From positions 1 through 63,737 of the forward strand of contig CAZDEU010000004.1 in NCBI GenBank assembly GCA_964504265.1: a DNA stretch of 63,737 nt. Direction: 5' to 3'. Shown here piece after piece: positions 19,097 through 27,843 of the stretch (within the stretch, counting starts at the first letter, position 1; each line of letters begins with the position of its first letter). The notes below the pieces were generated by a model. The model was not told the origin of the DNA and did no database searches. It worked only from the letters and a program-made list of their open reading frames with translations. Position numbers and translations under genes: made by a program. The stretch is from an uncultured Bacteroidales bacterium. Its GTDB lineage: Bacteria; Bacteroidota; Bacteroidia; Bacteroidales; JAKIYJ01.

Positions 19097-22000
19097 TTTT
19101 CAATTTCAATTATTTCATTGTTAAAATAAATCCATTTGTTTATAAGATTGCCTTTAGCCGAATAAATTGTTCTTTTGCCGTATTTTTCGCCTGTTTTGTA
19201 TATACAAATTTCATTAAGTTTACCATTTTGAAAATATTTTTTATAAACTCCATCAATATAACCGTTAACATAAACGCATTCTTCTCTTATATTGCCGTTA
19301 GTATAATAAGTTTTAAAAGGTCCTGTTGCCCAATCGTTAATATATTCTTGTTCATATTCTAAATTACCGTTTTCGTAGTATTTTAAATATTTACCTTCTA
19401 ACCATCCGTTTTTAAGAGTAAAAGACCTTGCGAGTTTACCATTGTTCCAGAAAATAAGTATTTCGCCTGTTTCGTTGTTAATATTTTTAGTAATAGTTTT
19501 GTTAGATTTTTTATAAGAGTACGAAACAAACACACCATCAACATATATACGCGAATGGTCGTTTTTGCCATCAATATAATACAGTGCTTCACCGTGTAAA
19601 TTGTCATCCTTATAGTAAGCTTTGCGTTTAATTTTACCATCATTGTCATATAAAACATAAGCGCCGTGTTTTTTGTCGTTTTTATAATTTATTTTATAAT
19701 CTAAAGAACCGTCGTAATTATAATATATCCATTCGCCTGTTTTTTCACCATATTCATAATTTCCTTCAAATCTTTTCTCTCCATTAGCATAAAAGCCTTT
19801 CCATAGTCCGTGTTCTTCATCGTTAAACATTTCACCAGATGATGCAATATTACCGTCGGGGTAATAATAAGTTTTATTCCCATGATAAATATTATTAAAC
19901 ACTTCGGCTTTCAAAAATATTGGGCATTGTTCACAAAATTTGATTTCAACTGTTCTTTTTCCGGGTGTTTCAAAAACTGTATCGAGTGGCATGCCTGCAG
20001 TATCGTAATAAATAGTAAATTTCAGAAGGTCTTTTTCAAAAAATTGTGCTGAGCTAAGTTTACCTAAAACATTATAAATATAGCTGAAACCTTCGTTTTC
20101 GCCATTAATATAAAACATTTTTTTGTTTAAAGAGCCGTTTCTGTAGTAGTATTCCCACGGGCCATCAACGTTTCCGTTGTTTATATAACCTTGAGCGTAA
20201 AGGTTTCCATTTCTGTAAAAATCCTGATAATAACCGTTAGAATTTCCATTTTCGTCGAACAAATATGTTGTTTCGGTTTTACCATTGGGATATAATTTTT
20301 TGAATTCACCAACGATTAAATCATCTTTGTACTCGTAGATGTCGGTTAGGCAAGCATTGGTTTCGTAATATTTCCATTTTCCGTTCTTACCTTTTTTATT
20401 ATATTGACCTTCGACTGAAATATTTCCATTTTCGTAGTAAGCTTTATACTTTAGGTTGCCACTTTTTCTTTTATCTTCCGAAATAATTTTTCCATCTTTA
20501 TCATAAAAACTATATTCAGTCAATTCACCGTTTTTGTAAACATGTTCGGAGATTTTCCAACCATCTTCGCTAAAAGAAACAGAAGTTCCATTTTCTTTAC
20601 CTGTTTCATCAAAATTTTCAACAGCATCTGTTTTACCATTTTCGAAGTAATACATAATTTCGCCAACTTTATTATCTTTTAAATATTTACCTTTGCTTTT
20701 AATTTGACCGTTTTCATAATATGTTGTAAAAGGGCCTTCAAGAAGACCGTTTTTATACGTGCTTTCTTCGCTAATTTGCCCGTTTCTGTAGTAAACTTTA
20801 TTTAGACCTTCAAGTTCGCCATTTAAATAATTTCGTTTAATTTCAATTTCACCCGAATCAAAATATTTAGTATACTCGCCTTCACCTTTTCCATTTACAA
20901 AAGGATATTCTGATTTAAGAGTTCCAATAGGATAAAAGTATCTGTATTTTCCGTTTTTAATTTCACCATCAGTAAAAGTTGTAATATAGTCGAGAATACC
21001 ATTAGTATAAATATTAGCATCACCATTGAGTTTATAATTTTTATAGAACGTAGCGAATCGGAGTAGTCCATTATCTAAATACACATAACTGGAGTCGATA
21101 TATTCGCCTTTATCAAAATAGCTTATTTCTTTAAGATTGCCGTTAGGATAATAGTATTTCCATTTACCAGTTTGTTTTCCATCGTTATCGTAATTGCCTT
21201 CGGAGTATTTTCTACCTGATAGGTCGTAATATTTAACAGAGCCTGTCAGAATATTTAAAGTAGAATTATAATCAAAATCTCCAAAAATATACACATAAAA
21301 ATTATTACTTCTTTTAATTCTGCCTTTTCCAAAATCGCCAAAATCGACTTCAATAAGATCGTTTCTGTTATAAATATTTTTAATAGCCCATATTCTAAAA
21401 TCTTCGGCAGCTTTATAATTTTTTTTAACAATTTTAGCTAATTTTTCATTTCTAATATGTTTAGAGATATAATATGAATACCCTGCAAATTTTTTATTTT
21501 TATTTAAATCAATGTAAAAATTCACATAATTATTGTGCCATATATTATTTTCGTCAACATCAATTTGGTTGAGCTGATCAAATACCAAAGCACTTTGTTT
21601 TACAAAGGGGTATGATAATTTGCTTTTCACTTTGTATTTTTTTTCTAAAGCAATATAATTATGAATCAGTTGGTCGATAAAAGAAAATTCTTGGTTGCCT
21701 TCAAGTTCGAGTTTGTTGCTTCCTTTAAAATCTTCCTCTGTCCAGTATTTAGAGCGTGAAATAATGTCAGCATAGCTTAACTGGTCAAAATTATCCCGTT
21801 TTTCGCCCGATAAAATGAGGTACATGCCAAAAGCCATAATAGCTTTTGTAGTTTGCTTTTCGTTAACAGCATATAATCCGAGGCTATGATGCACTCTGTC
21901 GTAAAGAGGATTTACTAATAAAGTTTTTTTGAAAATGTCGTAAGCTTTTTTGTGCTTGCCCGCAAGCGATAATGAAACACCATAATTATACCAAAGCGAA

Positions 22001-22407
22001 TAATTCATAGGAAATTCTTTTAATATTTCGGAGTACATATTCTGAGCCTTATCGTATTCTTCAATTTCATCAAGCGAAGAGCCGTAAAGCAAATAAAATT
22101 CGGTAGGTAGTTTATGTCTGAAGTTCCAGTATTTATCGCCTAGTTCAATTACATTATCATAATCGTTATTATAGAAATAAGCAATCATTTTCTCAGGCAG
22201 TGCATATTTAAAAAATAAAGAATCGCCTTCATAAATTTGTTCAAACAGTTTAATAGCTTCGTCTGTTTCTCCTTTACCTCGTAAATCTACTGCTTTTATT
22301 AAAATATCATAAGAAGCTGAGTAATTTAACTTTTCCTGAGAGTAAATTTCAATTTTTATTGTTGTTAATACCAATAATAAAAAAAAAGTAAAGATTTTGT
22401 TATTCAT
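19093..22407 (-). CDS. Exported TPR + MORN-variant repeat protein
   Basis: Signal peptide; TPR-like helices (LWYNYGVSLSLAGK); many G.W..YY.NG / EG.Y..G repeats over the C-terminal two thirds. Confidence 0.8.
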   Translation of the reverse strand: MNNKIFTFFLLLVLTTIKIEIYSQEKLNYSASYDILIKAVDLRGKGETDEAIKLFEQIYEGDSLFFKYALPEKMIAYFYNNDYDNVIELGDKYWNFRHKLPTEFYLLYGSSLDEIEEYDKAQNMYSEILKEFPMNYSLWYNYGVSLSLAGKHKKAYDIFKKTLLVNPLYDRVHHSLGLYAVNEKQTTKAIMAFGMYLILSGEKRDNFDQLSYADIISRSKYWTEEDFKGSNKLELEGNQEFSFIDQLIHNYIALEKKYKVKSKLSYPFVKQSALVFDQLNQIDVDENNIWHNNYVNFYIDLNKNKKFAGYSYYISKHIRNEKLAKIVKKNYKAAEDFRIWAIKNIYNRNDLIEVDFGDFGKGRIKRSNNFYVYIFGDFDYNSTLNILTGSVKYYDLSGRKYSEGNYDNDGKQTGKWKYYYPNGNLKEISYFDKGEYIDSSYVYLDNGLLRFATFYKNYKLNGDANIYTNGILDYITTFTDGEIKNGKYRYFYPIGTLKSEYPFVNGKGEGEYTKYFDSGEIEIKRNYLNGELEGLNKVYYRNGQISEESTYKNGLLEGPFTTYYENGQIKSKGKYLKDNKVGEIMYYFENGKTDAVENFDETGKENGTSVSFSEDGWKISEHVYKNGELTEYSFYDKDGKIISEDKRKSGNLKYKAYYENGNISVEGQYNKKGKNGKWKYYETNACLTDIYEYKDDLIVGEFKKLYPNGKTETTYLFDENGNSNGYYQDFYRNGNLYAQGYINNGNVDGPWEYYYRNGSLNKKMFYINGENEGFSYIYNVLGKLSSAQFFEKDLLKFTIYYDTAGMPLDTVFETPGKRTVEIKFCEQCPIFLKAEVFNNIYHGNKTYYYPDGNIASSGEMFNDEEHGLWKGFYANGEKRFEGNYEYGEKTGEWIYYNYDGSLDYKINYKNDKKHGAYVLYDNDGKIKRKAYYKDDNLHGEALYYIDGKNDHSRIYVDGVFVSYSYKKSNKTITKNINNETGEILIFWNNGKLARSFTLKNGWLEGKYLKYYENGNLEYEQEYINDWATGPFKTYYTNGNIREECVYVNGYIDGVYKKYFQNGKLNEICIYKTGEKYGKRTIYSAKGNLINKWIYFNNEIIEIEK

Positions 22408-22712
22408 GCTATTTTATTTTTTTAATTAAATTGTGAAAATTATTTTTATAAAAATAATAAGATTATAAAATAAGACTTTTAGACAAATTAATTTATTATA
22501 AAACATTGTTCATAGTTAAATTGTTAATTTGTTATGTTAATCTCAATAAAATATTTTGTAAAAATTATTTTGTAAAATAAAATAATATTATTTAATTTTC
22601 AAAGAAAAATTATTTAATTATTAAAATTAATTATATATAAATGATATAAATATTTGAAACTAAATAATTTGGTAAAATAATAGACAATAAAAATAATTTG
22701 GATAATATTATA

Positions 22713-22750
22713 AAAAAAGCATCTGTTTAGTTAAAAACAGATGCTTTTTT
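22713..22750. terminator. Intrinsic (likely bidirectional) terminator downstream of the threonine dehydrogenase gene
   Basis: Perfect 16-bp inverted repeat AAAAAAGCATCTGTTT / AAACAGATGCTTTTTT with 6-nt loop and U-tracts on both strands. Confidence 0.85.
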
Positions 22751-22774
22751 ATTTTTGTAGTAAAATATTATTAA

Positions 22775-23740
22775 TTACAATAAATTTTTCTTATGTTTAT
22801 CGCCAATAACATTAAGCATATCTTTAGTCATTGCATCTAAGTCATAAGAAGGTTTCCATCCCCATTCCTGTTGAGCTGCACTATCGTCGATCGACATAGG
22901 CCAAGAGTCGGCAATAGCTTGTCTGAAATCGGGTTTATATTCAATTTTAAAATCGGGTAAATATTTTTTAATAGAATTAGCGAGTTCACCTGCTGAAAAG
23001 CTCATAGCACCAACGTTGAAATCGCAGTGATGTTTTAATTTTGAGAAATCAGCTTGGAGCAAGTTTATTGTGGCTTTAAGACAATCGGGCATATACATCA
23101 TAGGCAGTCGAGTGTCTTCTTTAACAAAGCATTCGTATTTGCCAAATTTAACAGCATCATAATAAATAGCAACAGCATAATCGGTAGTTCCACCGCCGGG
23201 CAGAGTTTCGTTGCTAATTATGCCAGGGTATCTAAGCCCTCTAACATCAAGATTATATTTTTTAACATAATAATCGCCTAATAATTCACCAGCAACTTTA
23301 GTAATACCATACATAGTAGTTGGTTTTAGAACAGTTTGCTGCGGTGTGTTATTTCGAGGAGTAGAGGGTCCAAAAGCGGCAATAGAACTAGGGACAAGAA
23401 CTTGCTTTAATTTCTTTTCTCTTGCGAGTTCTAAAACATTAATTAAACCGTTCATATTAACATCCCATGCTAACATAGGATTTTGCTCACCTGTAGCTGA
23501 CAATATAGCAGCCATATTTATAATTATATTGATGTTGTGTTTATCAACAGCATCAAGCAGAGTTTCTTTTTTTGTAGCATCAAGATAAACGAATGGTCCT
23601 GAGTTTAAGAGTTTTTCAGAAGGGGCAGATTTTCGACCCGAAGCTATTACGTTATCATTACCGTAAATTTTTCTGAGTTCCATTGTTAATTCTGAGCCAA
23701 TTTGCCCAACAGAGCCAATAACTAATATTTTGTCGTTCAT
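22775..23740 (-). CDS. L-threonine 3-dehydrogenase, extended-SDR (GalE-like) type
   Basis: GSVGQIG, AILSATGE.NP, PSSIAAFG, MYGITK (YxxxK), PGGGTTDYAV, RQAIADSWP: signature of the SDR-type ThrDH family. Confidence 0.85.
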   Translation of the reverse strand: MNDKILVIGSVGQIGSELTMELRKIYGNDNVIASGRKSAPSEKLLNSGPFVYLDATKKETLLDAVDKHNINIIINMAAILSATGEQNPMLAWDVNMNGLINVLELAREKKLKQVLVPSSIAAFGPSTPRNNTPQQTVLKPTTMYGITKVAGELLGDYYVKKYNLDVRGLRYPGIISNETLPGGGTTDYAVAIYYDAVKFGKYECFVKEDTRLPMMYMPDCLKATINLLQADFSKLKHHCDFNVGAMSFSAGELANSIKKYLPDFKIEYKPDFRQAIADSWPMSIDDSAAQQEWGWKPSYDLDAMTKDMLNVIGDKHKKNLL

Positions 23741-23789
23741 AATATTAAGGTTAAATTTTTAAAAATTCATTTTTTAAATTAATTATCAA

Positions 23790-23797
23790 CAAACGTA
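23790..23797 (-). promoter_or_regulatory. Candidate -7 promoter element (TACGTTTG) for the threonine dehydrogenase gene
   Basis: TAnnTTTG match 49 nt upstream of the start. Confidence 0.5.
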
Positions 23798-23879
23798 TAA
23801 TTTTTTTTGTAATATACAAACTGCAATAATGAATTTTATATAATATTTTTTAACATATAAAAAAAATATATATATTTTA

Positions 23880-24953
23880 TTAAGAGTCAACTGATGCTTT
23901 CAGCCGTTCAGCATTTTCTGCTATTTGTAGTGCATCAATAAACTGCTGTATTTCACCATCCATCACAACTGGTAAATTAAACGAACTCAGGCCTATTCTG
24001 TGATCTGTAACACGACCTTGCGAATAATTATAAGTTCTAATTTTTGCAGAACGGTCGCCAGTCGATACCATAGTTTTTCTTTTACTTGATATTTCATCAA
24101 GGTGTTTTTTATATTCAATCTCATATATACGGCTTCTTAATACATTCAGTGCTTGATCATAATTTCTTAACTGAGATTTTTCATCTTGACAAATTACAAC
24201 TATACCAGTTGGAATATGAGTTAATCTAATTGCTGAATAAGTTGTATTAACTGACTGTCCGCCAGGTCCCGATGAGCAGTAAGTATCTTTTCTAATATCC
24301 GATTGTTTTAATTCAACATCAATTTCATCTGCTTCGGGCAAAACAACAACCGAAGCAGCCGAGGTATGTACTCTTCCCATAGTTTCTGTTTGAGGAACAC
24401 GTTGCACACGGTGTACACCAGATTCGTATTTCAGTTGACCATATACTTTATTTCCAGAAACATTAGCTATAATTTCCTTAAAACCACCTGCAGTACCTTC
24501 AGTTATTTGAACAATTTCAAGTTTCCACCCTTTTTTTTCTGCATATTTAGTATACATTCTGAATAAATCGCCTGCAAAAATTGAAGCCTCATCACCGCCA
24601 GTACCTGCTCTAATTTCGAGAATTGCATTTTTGCTATCTTGTGGGTCTTCAGGAATAAGTAAAATTTTTATTTCTTCATCCATTTTTTCTTTTTGCAGAT
24701 TAAGCATCAACAACTCTTCTTTAGCCATATTTTTAAACTCATCGTCTTTCTCGTTGTAAAGAACATCTTTAGCAGATTCAATGTCTTGCAGAAGTTTATT
24801 ATATTGATGAAACGCATCAACGAGTGGTTGCAATTCTTTATAATCCTTATTGAGTTTGATATATCTTTTCATATCTTTCATAACATCAGGATTATTAATT
24901 TCCTTTTCAAGATTACAGAATTTGTCGTAAATAGATTTTAGTTTGTCGAGCAT
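23880..24953 (-). CDS. prfA: Peptide chain release factor 1
   Basis: RAGTGGDEA, HRVQRVPQTE (PxT = RF1), SGPGGQSVN (GGQ). Confidence 0.98.
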   Translation of the reverse strand: MLDKLKSIYDKFCNLEKEINNPDVMKDMKRYIKLNKDYKELQPLVDAFHQYNKLLQDIESAKDVLYNEKDDEFKNMAKEELLMLNLQKEKMDEEIKILLIPEDPQDSKNAILEIRAGTGGDEASIFAGDLFRMYTKYAEKKGWKLEIVQITEGTAGGFKEIIANVSGNKVYGQLKYESGVHRVQRVPQTETMGRVHTSAASVVVLPEADEIDVELKQSDIRKDTYCSSGPGGQSVNTTYSAIRLTHIPTGIVVICQDEKSQLRNYDQALNVLRSRIYEIEYKKHLDEISSKRKTMVSTGDRSAKIRTYNYSQGRVTDHRIGLSSFNLPVVMDGEIQQFIDALQIAENAERLKASVDS

Positions 24954-24986
24954 ATTTAAAATTTTAATTAAAAATCATAAAAAAAA

Positions 24987-25020
24987 TACTGCATTCTGTA
25001 TTAATTTTCAGAATGCAGTA
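24987..25020 (-). terminator. Hairpin plus U-tract between the OmpA-family gene and prfA
   Basis: Perfect 12-bp stem TACTGCATTCTG / CAGAATGCAGTA with 10-nt loop, followed on the minus strand by a T run. Confidence 0.7.
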
Positions 25021-25099
25021 AAAATTATAATATAATACGAGCTAAAGATAAAAAAACCAAAAACTTAATTTTTTAAGAATGCAATAATTCATTTAATGA

Positions 25100-27235
25100 T
25101 TAATTTTCAGGAATTTCATTAATATTTTCTTCAGGAACATCATTAGTATTTTCTTCAGGATTTACAGTTCCACTTTTAATAATTTCAATTTCAGTTTGTT
25201 TGCCAGGTTCAATTTCAGTACTTGGTACGTAGTCATCTCTAAGAATTTTAAAAGTAGTACGTCTGTTTAATTGGTGAGCGGCTTCTTTTTCATCGTTAGA
25301 TGATAAAGTAGCAATAAAATCGTCTGTAATAAGAGCACCTTTTTTAAAATAATATGGTTTTCCGTTATAAACAACAGTTTTATCAGTTTCAAGTTCACGA
25401 GGTACATCTTCGCCATATCCTTTTGCTACCATTCTGTCAGCAGCAATACCTTTAGAAATTAAATAATCAACAACCGATTGTGCTCTTTTTTGAGAAAGGT
25501 CATAATTATATTCATCAGAAGCACGAGTATCGGTATGAGAACCTAATTCAACCACAATGTTTTCGTTAGTAATAAGAGTTTCATAAAGACCATTTAAAGA
25601 ATCTCTGAATTGGGGTTTAAGATCCCATTTAGCAAGGTCATAAAGTATTTCAGGAAGGACAATAGGTTTTATTGGTATAGGGGCTAAAACAAAATCAAGG
25701 ACTAAGTCGGTACTTTTTGTAAGTCCAACTGTAGTTTCAGTGCCTCTGTCGCCAAAATATCCATCTTTTTTTACAGTTAGAACATAAGAAGTATTTTCAA
25801 TTATCTGAGATTTGTCAAAGCTATAAGCGCCAGTAGAGTTAGTAGTATCAACATAAGAAGACCCATCAGAGCCTGTACAAGTAACAACTGCACCCGGTAA
25901 TATTTTTGATGAACTTTCGTCAGTAACTTTACCTGCAAGAGTAAAAATCAGAGGAGGTCTTATGAAATAATAAATGTCATCATTACCTCTACCACCTTTG
26001 CGGTTCGATGACAAATAACCTTCTTCTTTATTACCTAAGAAAATTATTGCAAAATCGTCAGCTTCTGAATTAATAGGGTATTTCATATTTTCGGGGGTAC
26101 CCCAGCTCTCACCTGTTTTTGTAACTTTAAAAATGTCGAGTCCTCCCATACCAATATGGCCATTAGATGAAAAATATAAAGTATTTTCATCTCTCAAATA
26201 AGGATACATTTCATCTTCGGGTGTATTAATTGTTGGACCTAAGTTTTCGGGTTTGCCCCATGCTTTAGATTTAGATGTTCTTTTAATAACCCAAATGTCT
26301 TTACCGCCTTGTCCACCCGACATATTAGAAGAAAAATAAAGTTCAAGTTCGTTAGAGCTTAACGAAGGATGCCCAACAGTAAAACTATCAGGAGCTATTT
26401 CAATAAGTTGAGGTTCGCTCCAGCCTCTCCCTTTTTTCTTTGCTTCGTAAATTTGACAGCCCAATTGTTTTTTTCTTTCAACAAGACAACGAGTAAAATA
26501 AATTACATTAGCTTTATCGTTTAAAATTGCAGCACCTTCATTAACAGGAGAATTAATATTATCTTCATCTAAAAGAGTTGGTGAACTCCAAGTACCAGCT
26601 CTTGATTGAGAAGTAATCCATATATCTGTAAAATTTTCACCGGTCCAATCATCAGAACGATTACCGGTAGAACCGGCTCTATTAGAAGTAAACATCAGCG
26701 CCTTAAATTTCTTGTCGGCCCAGGCAGTTGCAAAATCACTTTCGCGTGTATTGAATTTTTTTTCATTTAAAACTTCGTATCTCGTTGGGCTATCAATCCA
26801 TTTTTGAGCCAGAGCCGAAGACTCAGCCCCTCTGCTACCTCTTGGGTCAGAAGGTGCTTTTTTTGCGTATTCATTATATTGAATAATGGCATCAGGGTAT
26901 TTTCCGTTTGCTTTAAGAGCATCGGCGTAATACAATATAGCAATAGGGTCAGGATAATTTGTCCTGACTACTCTTTTATAACTGTTTTCAGCATTTTTAA
27001 AATCACCTTTCATTCTATGGCATTCAGCTATCATGAAAAGCAACCTTGCTTTTTCAGTTCTGTTACTTTTTACTTTGCTGTAAGCTTTTTTGTACAAGTC
27101 AATTGCCAGCGAATACTGGTTAAGTTTAAAAGCATCATCGGCTTCCTGAGCATAGTTTTTAGGCTGAGAATATGCAGAAACAGTCATCATCAGCACAACC
27201 ATAATGCAACTTACTATAGTACGACCAATTTTCAT
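25100..27235 (-). CDS. PorE-like TPR-PD40-CRD-OmpA peptidoglycan-binding protein
   Basis: TPRs, PD40 propeller repeats (GHPSLS, LYFSS.GH.GMGGLDIF), carboxypeptidase-regulatory-like domain, OmpA C (SHTD.R, LSQKRAQSV, NRRT). Confidence 0.85.
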   Translation of the reverse strand: MKIGRTIVSCIMVVLMMTVSAYSQPKNYAQEADDAFKLNQYSLAIDLYKKAYSKVKSNRTEKARLLFMIAECHRMKGDFKNAENSYKRVVRTNYPDPIAILYYADALKANGKYPDAIIQYNEYAKKAPSDPRGSRGAESSALAQKWIDSPTRYEVLNEKKFNTRESDFATAWADKKFKALMFTSNRAGSTGNRSDDWTGENFTDIWITSQSRAGTWSSPTLLDEDNINSPVNEGAAILNDKANVIYFTRCLVERKKQLGCQIYEAKKKGRGWSEPQLIEIAPDSFTVGHPSLSSNELELYFSSNMSGGQGGKDIWVIKRTSKSKAWGKPENLGPTINTPEDEMYPYLRDENTLYFSSNGHIGMGGLDIFKVTKTGESWGTPENMKYPINSEADDFAIIFLGNKEEGYLSSNRKGGRGNDDIYYFIRPPLIFTLAGKVTDESSSKILPGAVVTCTGSDGSSYVDTTNSTGAYSFDKSQIIENTSYVLTVKKDGYFGDRGTETTVGLTKSTDLVLDFVLAPIPIKPIVLPEILYDLAKWDLKPQFRDSLNGLYETLITNENIVVELGSHTDTRASDEYNYDLSQKRAQSVVDYLISKGIAADRMVAKGYGEDVPRELETDKTVVYNGKPYYFKKGALITDDFIATLSSNDEKEAAHQLNRRTTFKILRDDYVPSTEIEPGKQTEIEIIKSGTVNPEENTNDVPEENINEIPEN

Positions 27236-27422
27236 AATTTTGTTAATTTTATCTGATTAAAAAGTTTTTACGTTTTAAAATCAAGGTTTATATATAATTA
27301 AAAAAAGTTTTCAATTTTATTAAAAAAATATTTCACAACAAAAATACTAATGAGTTAATAAATTTCAAAATTATTGTATAAAGATAATAAAACATTAAAA
27401 ATTATTATTATTAATATTGTTT

Positions 27423-27659
27423 TCAAGTGTTTTTTTTATTTATAATATCATTATTAGGTTCAACATCAAAAGATTTTTCATCAATTTCGAGTTCAGTTTC
27501 ACTTGAGGAAGTTATTTTTTTTGCTTCAGCTATCAACTTACCAATTTTTTTTGCTACTTCGGGTAATTTCTTTGGTCCAATAACCATGATAAGAACTGTA
27601 ACAATAACAAGTAATTCCCCCCCACTTATATTAAAAAAACATAAAACACCTTTTAACAT
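27423..27659 (-). CDS. tatA: Twin-arginine translocase TatA/TatB-family subunit
   Basis: GGELL, TM helix, GPKKLPE hinge and amphipathic helix. Confidence 0.8.
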   Translation of the reverse strand: MLKGVLCFFNISGGELLVIVTVLIMVIGPKKLPEVAKKIGKLIAEAKKITSSSETELEIDEKSFDVEPNNDIINKKNT

Positions 27660-27675
27660 AACTTAAAGTTTCATT

Positions 27676-27684
27676 GCAAAACTA
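27676..27684 (-). promoter_or_regulatory. Candidate -7 promoter element (TAGTTTTGC) for tatA
   Basis: TAnnTTTG(C) match 16 nt upstream of the start. Confidence 0.5.
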
Positions 27685-27843
27685 ATGTTTTTTTTCAATT
27701 AAAAAACTTATGCAAATAATATTTTACGTTATAATTATTATCAAAGTTACAAAATTAGCATTATAAACAACACTAAGTATTTAATTTGAAAATAAAAAAA
27801 GCTGTAAAAAAATTACAGCTCATATAATATATAAAATATAATA

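Noticed and set aside
19093-22407. YwqK-type antitoxin / toxin-antitoxin system
   Set aside because: The MORN-variant repeats attract that label, but the protein is 1104 aa, exported, TPR-bearing and has no adjacent toxin
22408-22712. Extremely AT-rich intergenic stretch with short direct repeats (ATTTTGTAAAA, AATAATTTGG) as origin or ncRNA
   Set aside because: No DnaA-box cluster or stable structure is visible; such repeats are expected by chance at this AT content
26804-27256. Antisense and alternate-frame ORFs (also 2412, 5052, 5230, 7880, 9093, 10954, 11443, 12421, 12633, 15495, 23054, 27427, 37026, 46110, 49579, 58378, 62152 and others)
   Set aside because: All overlap well-supported genes, have no recognisable motifs and are typical shadow ORFs
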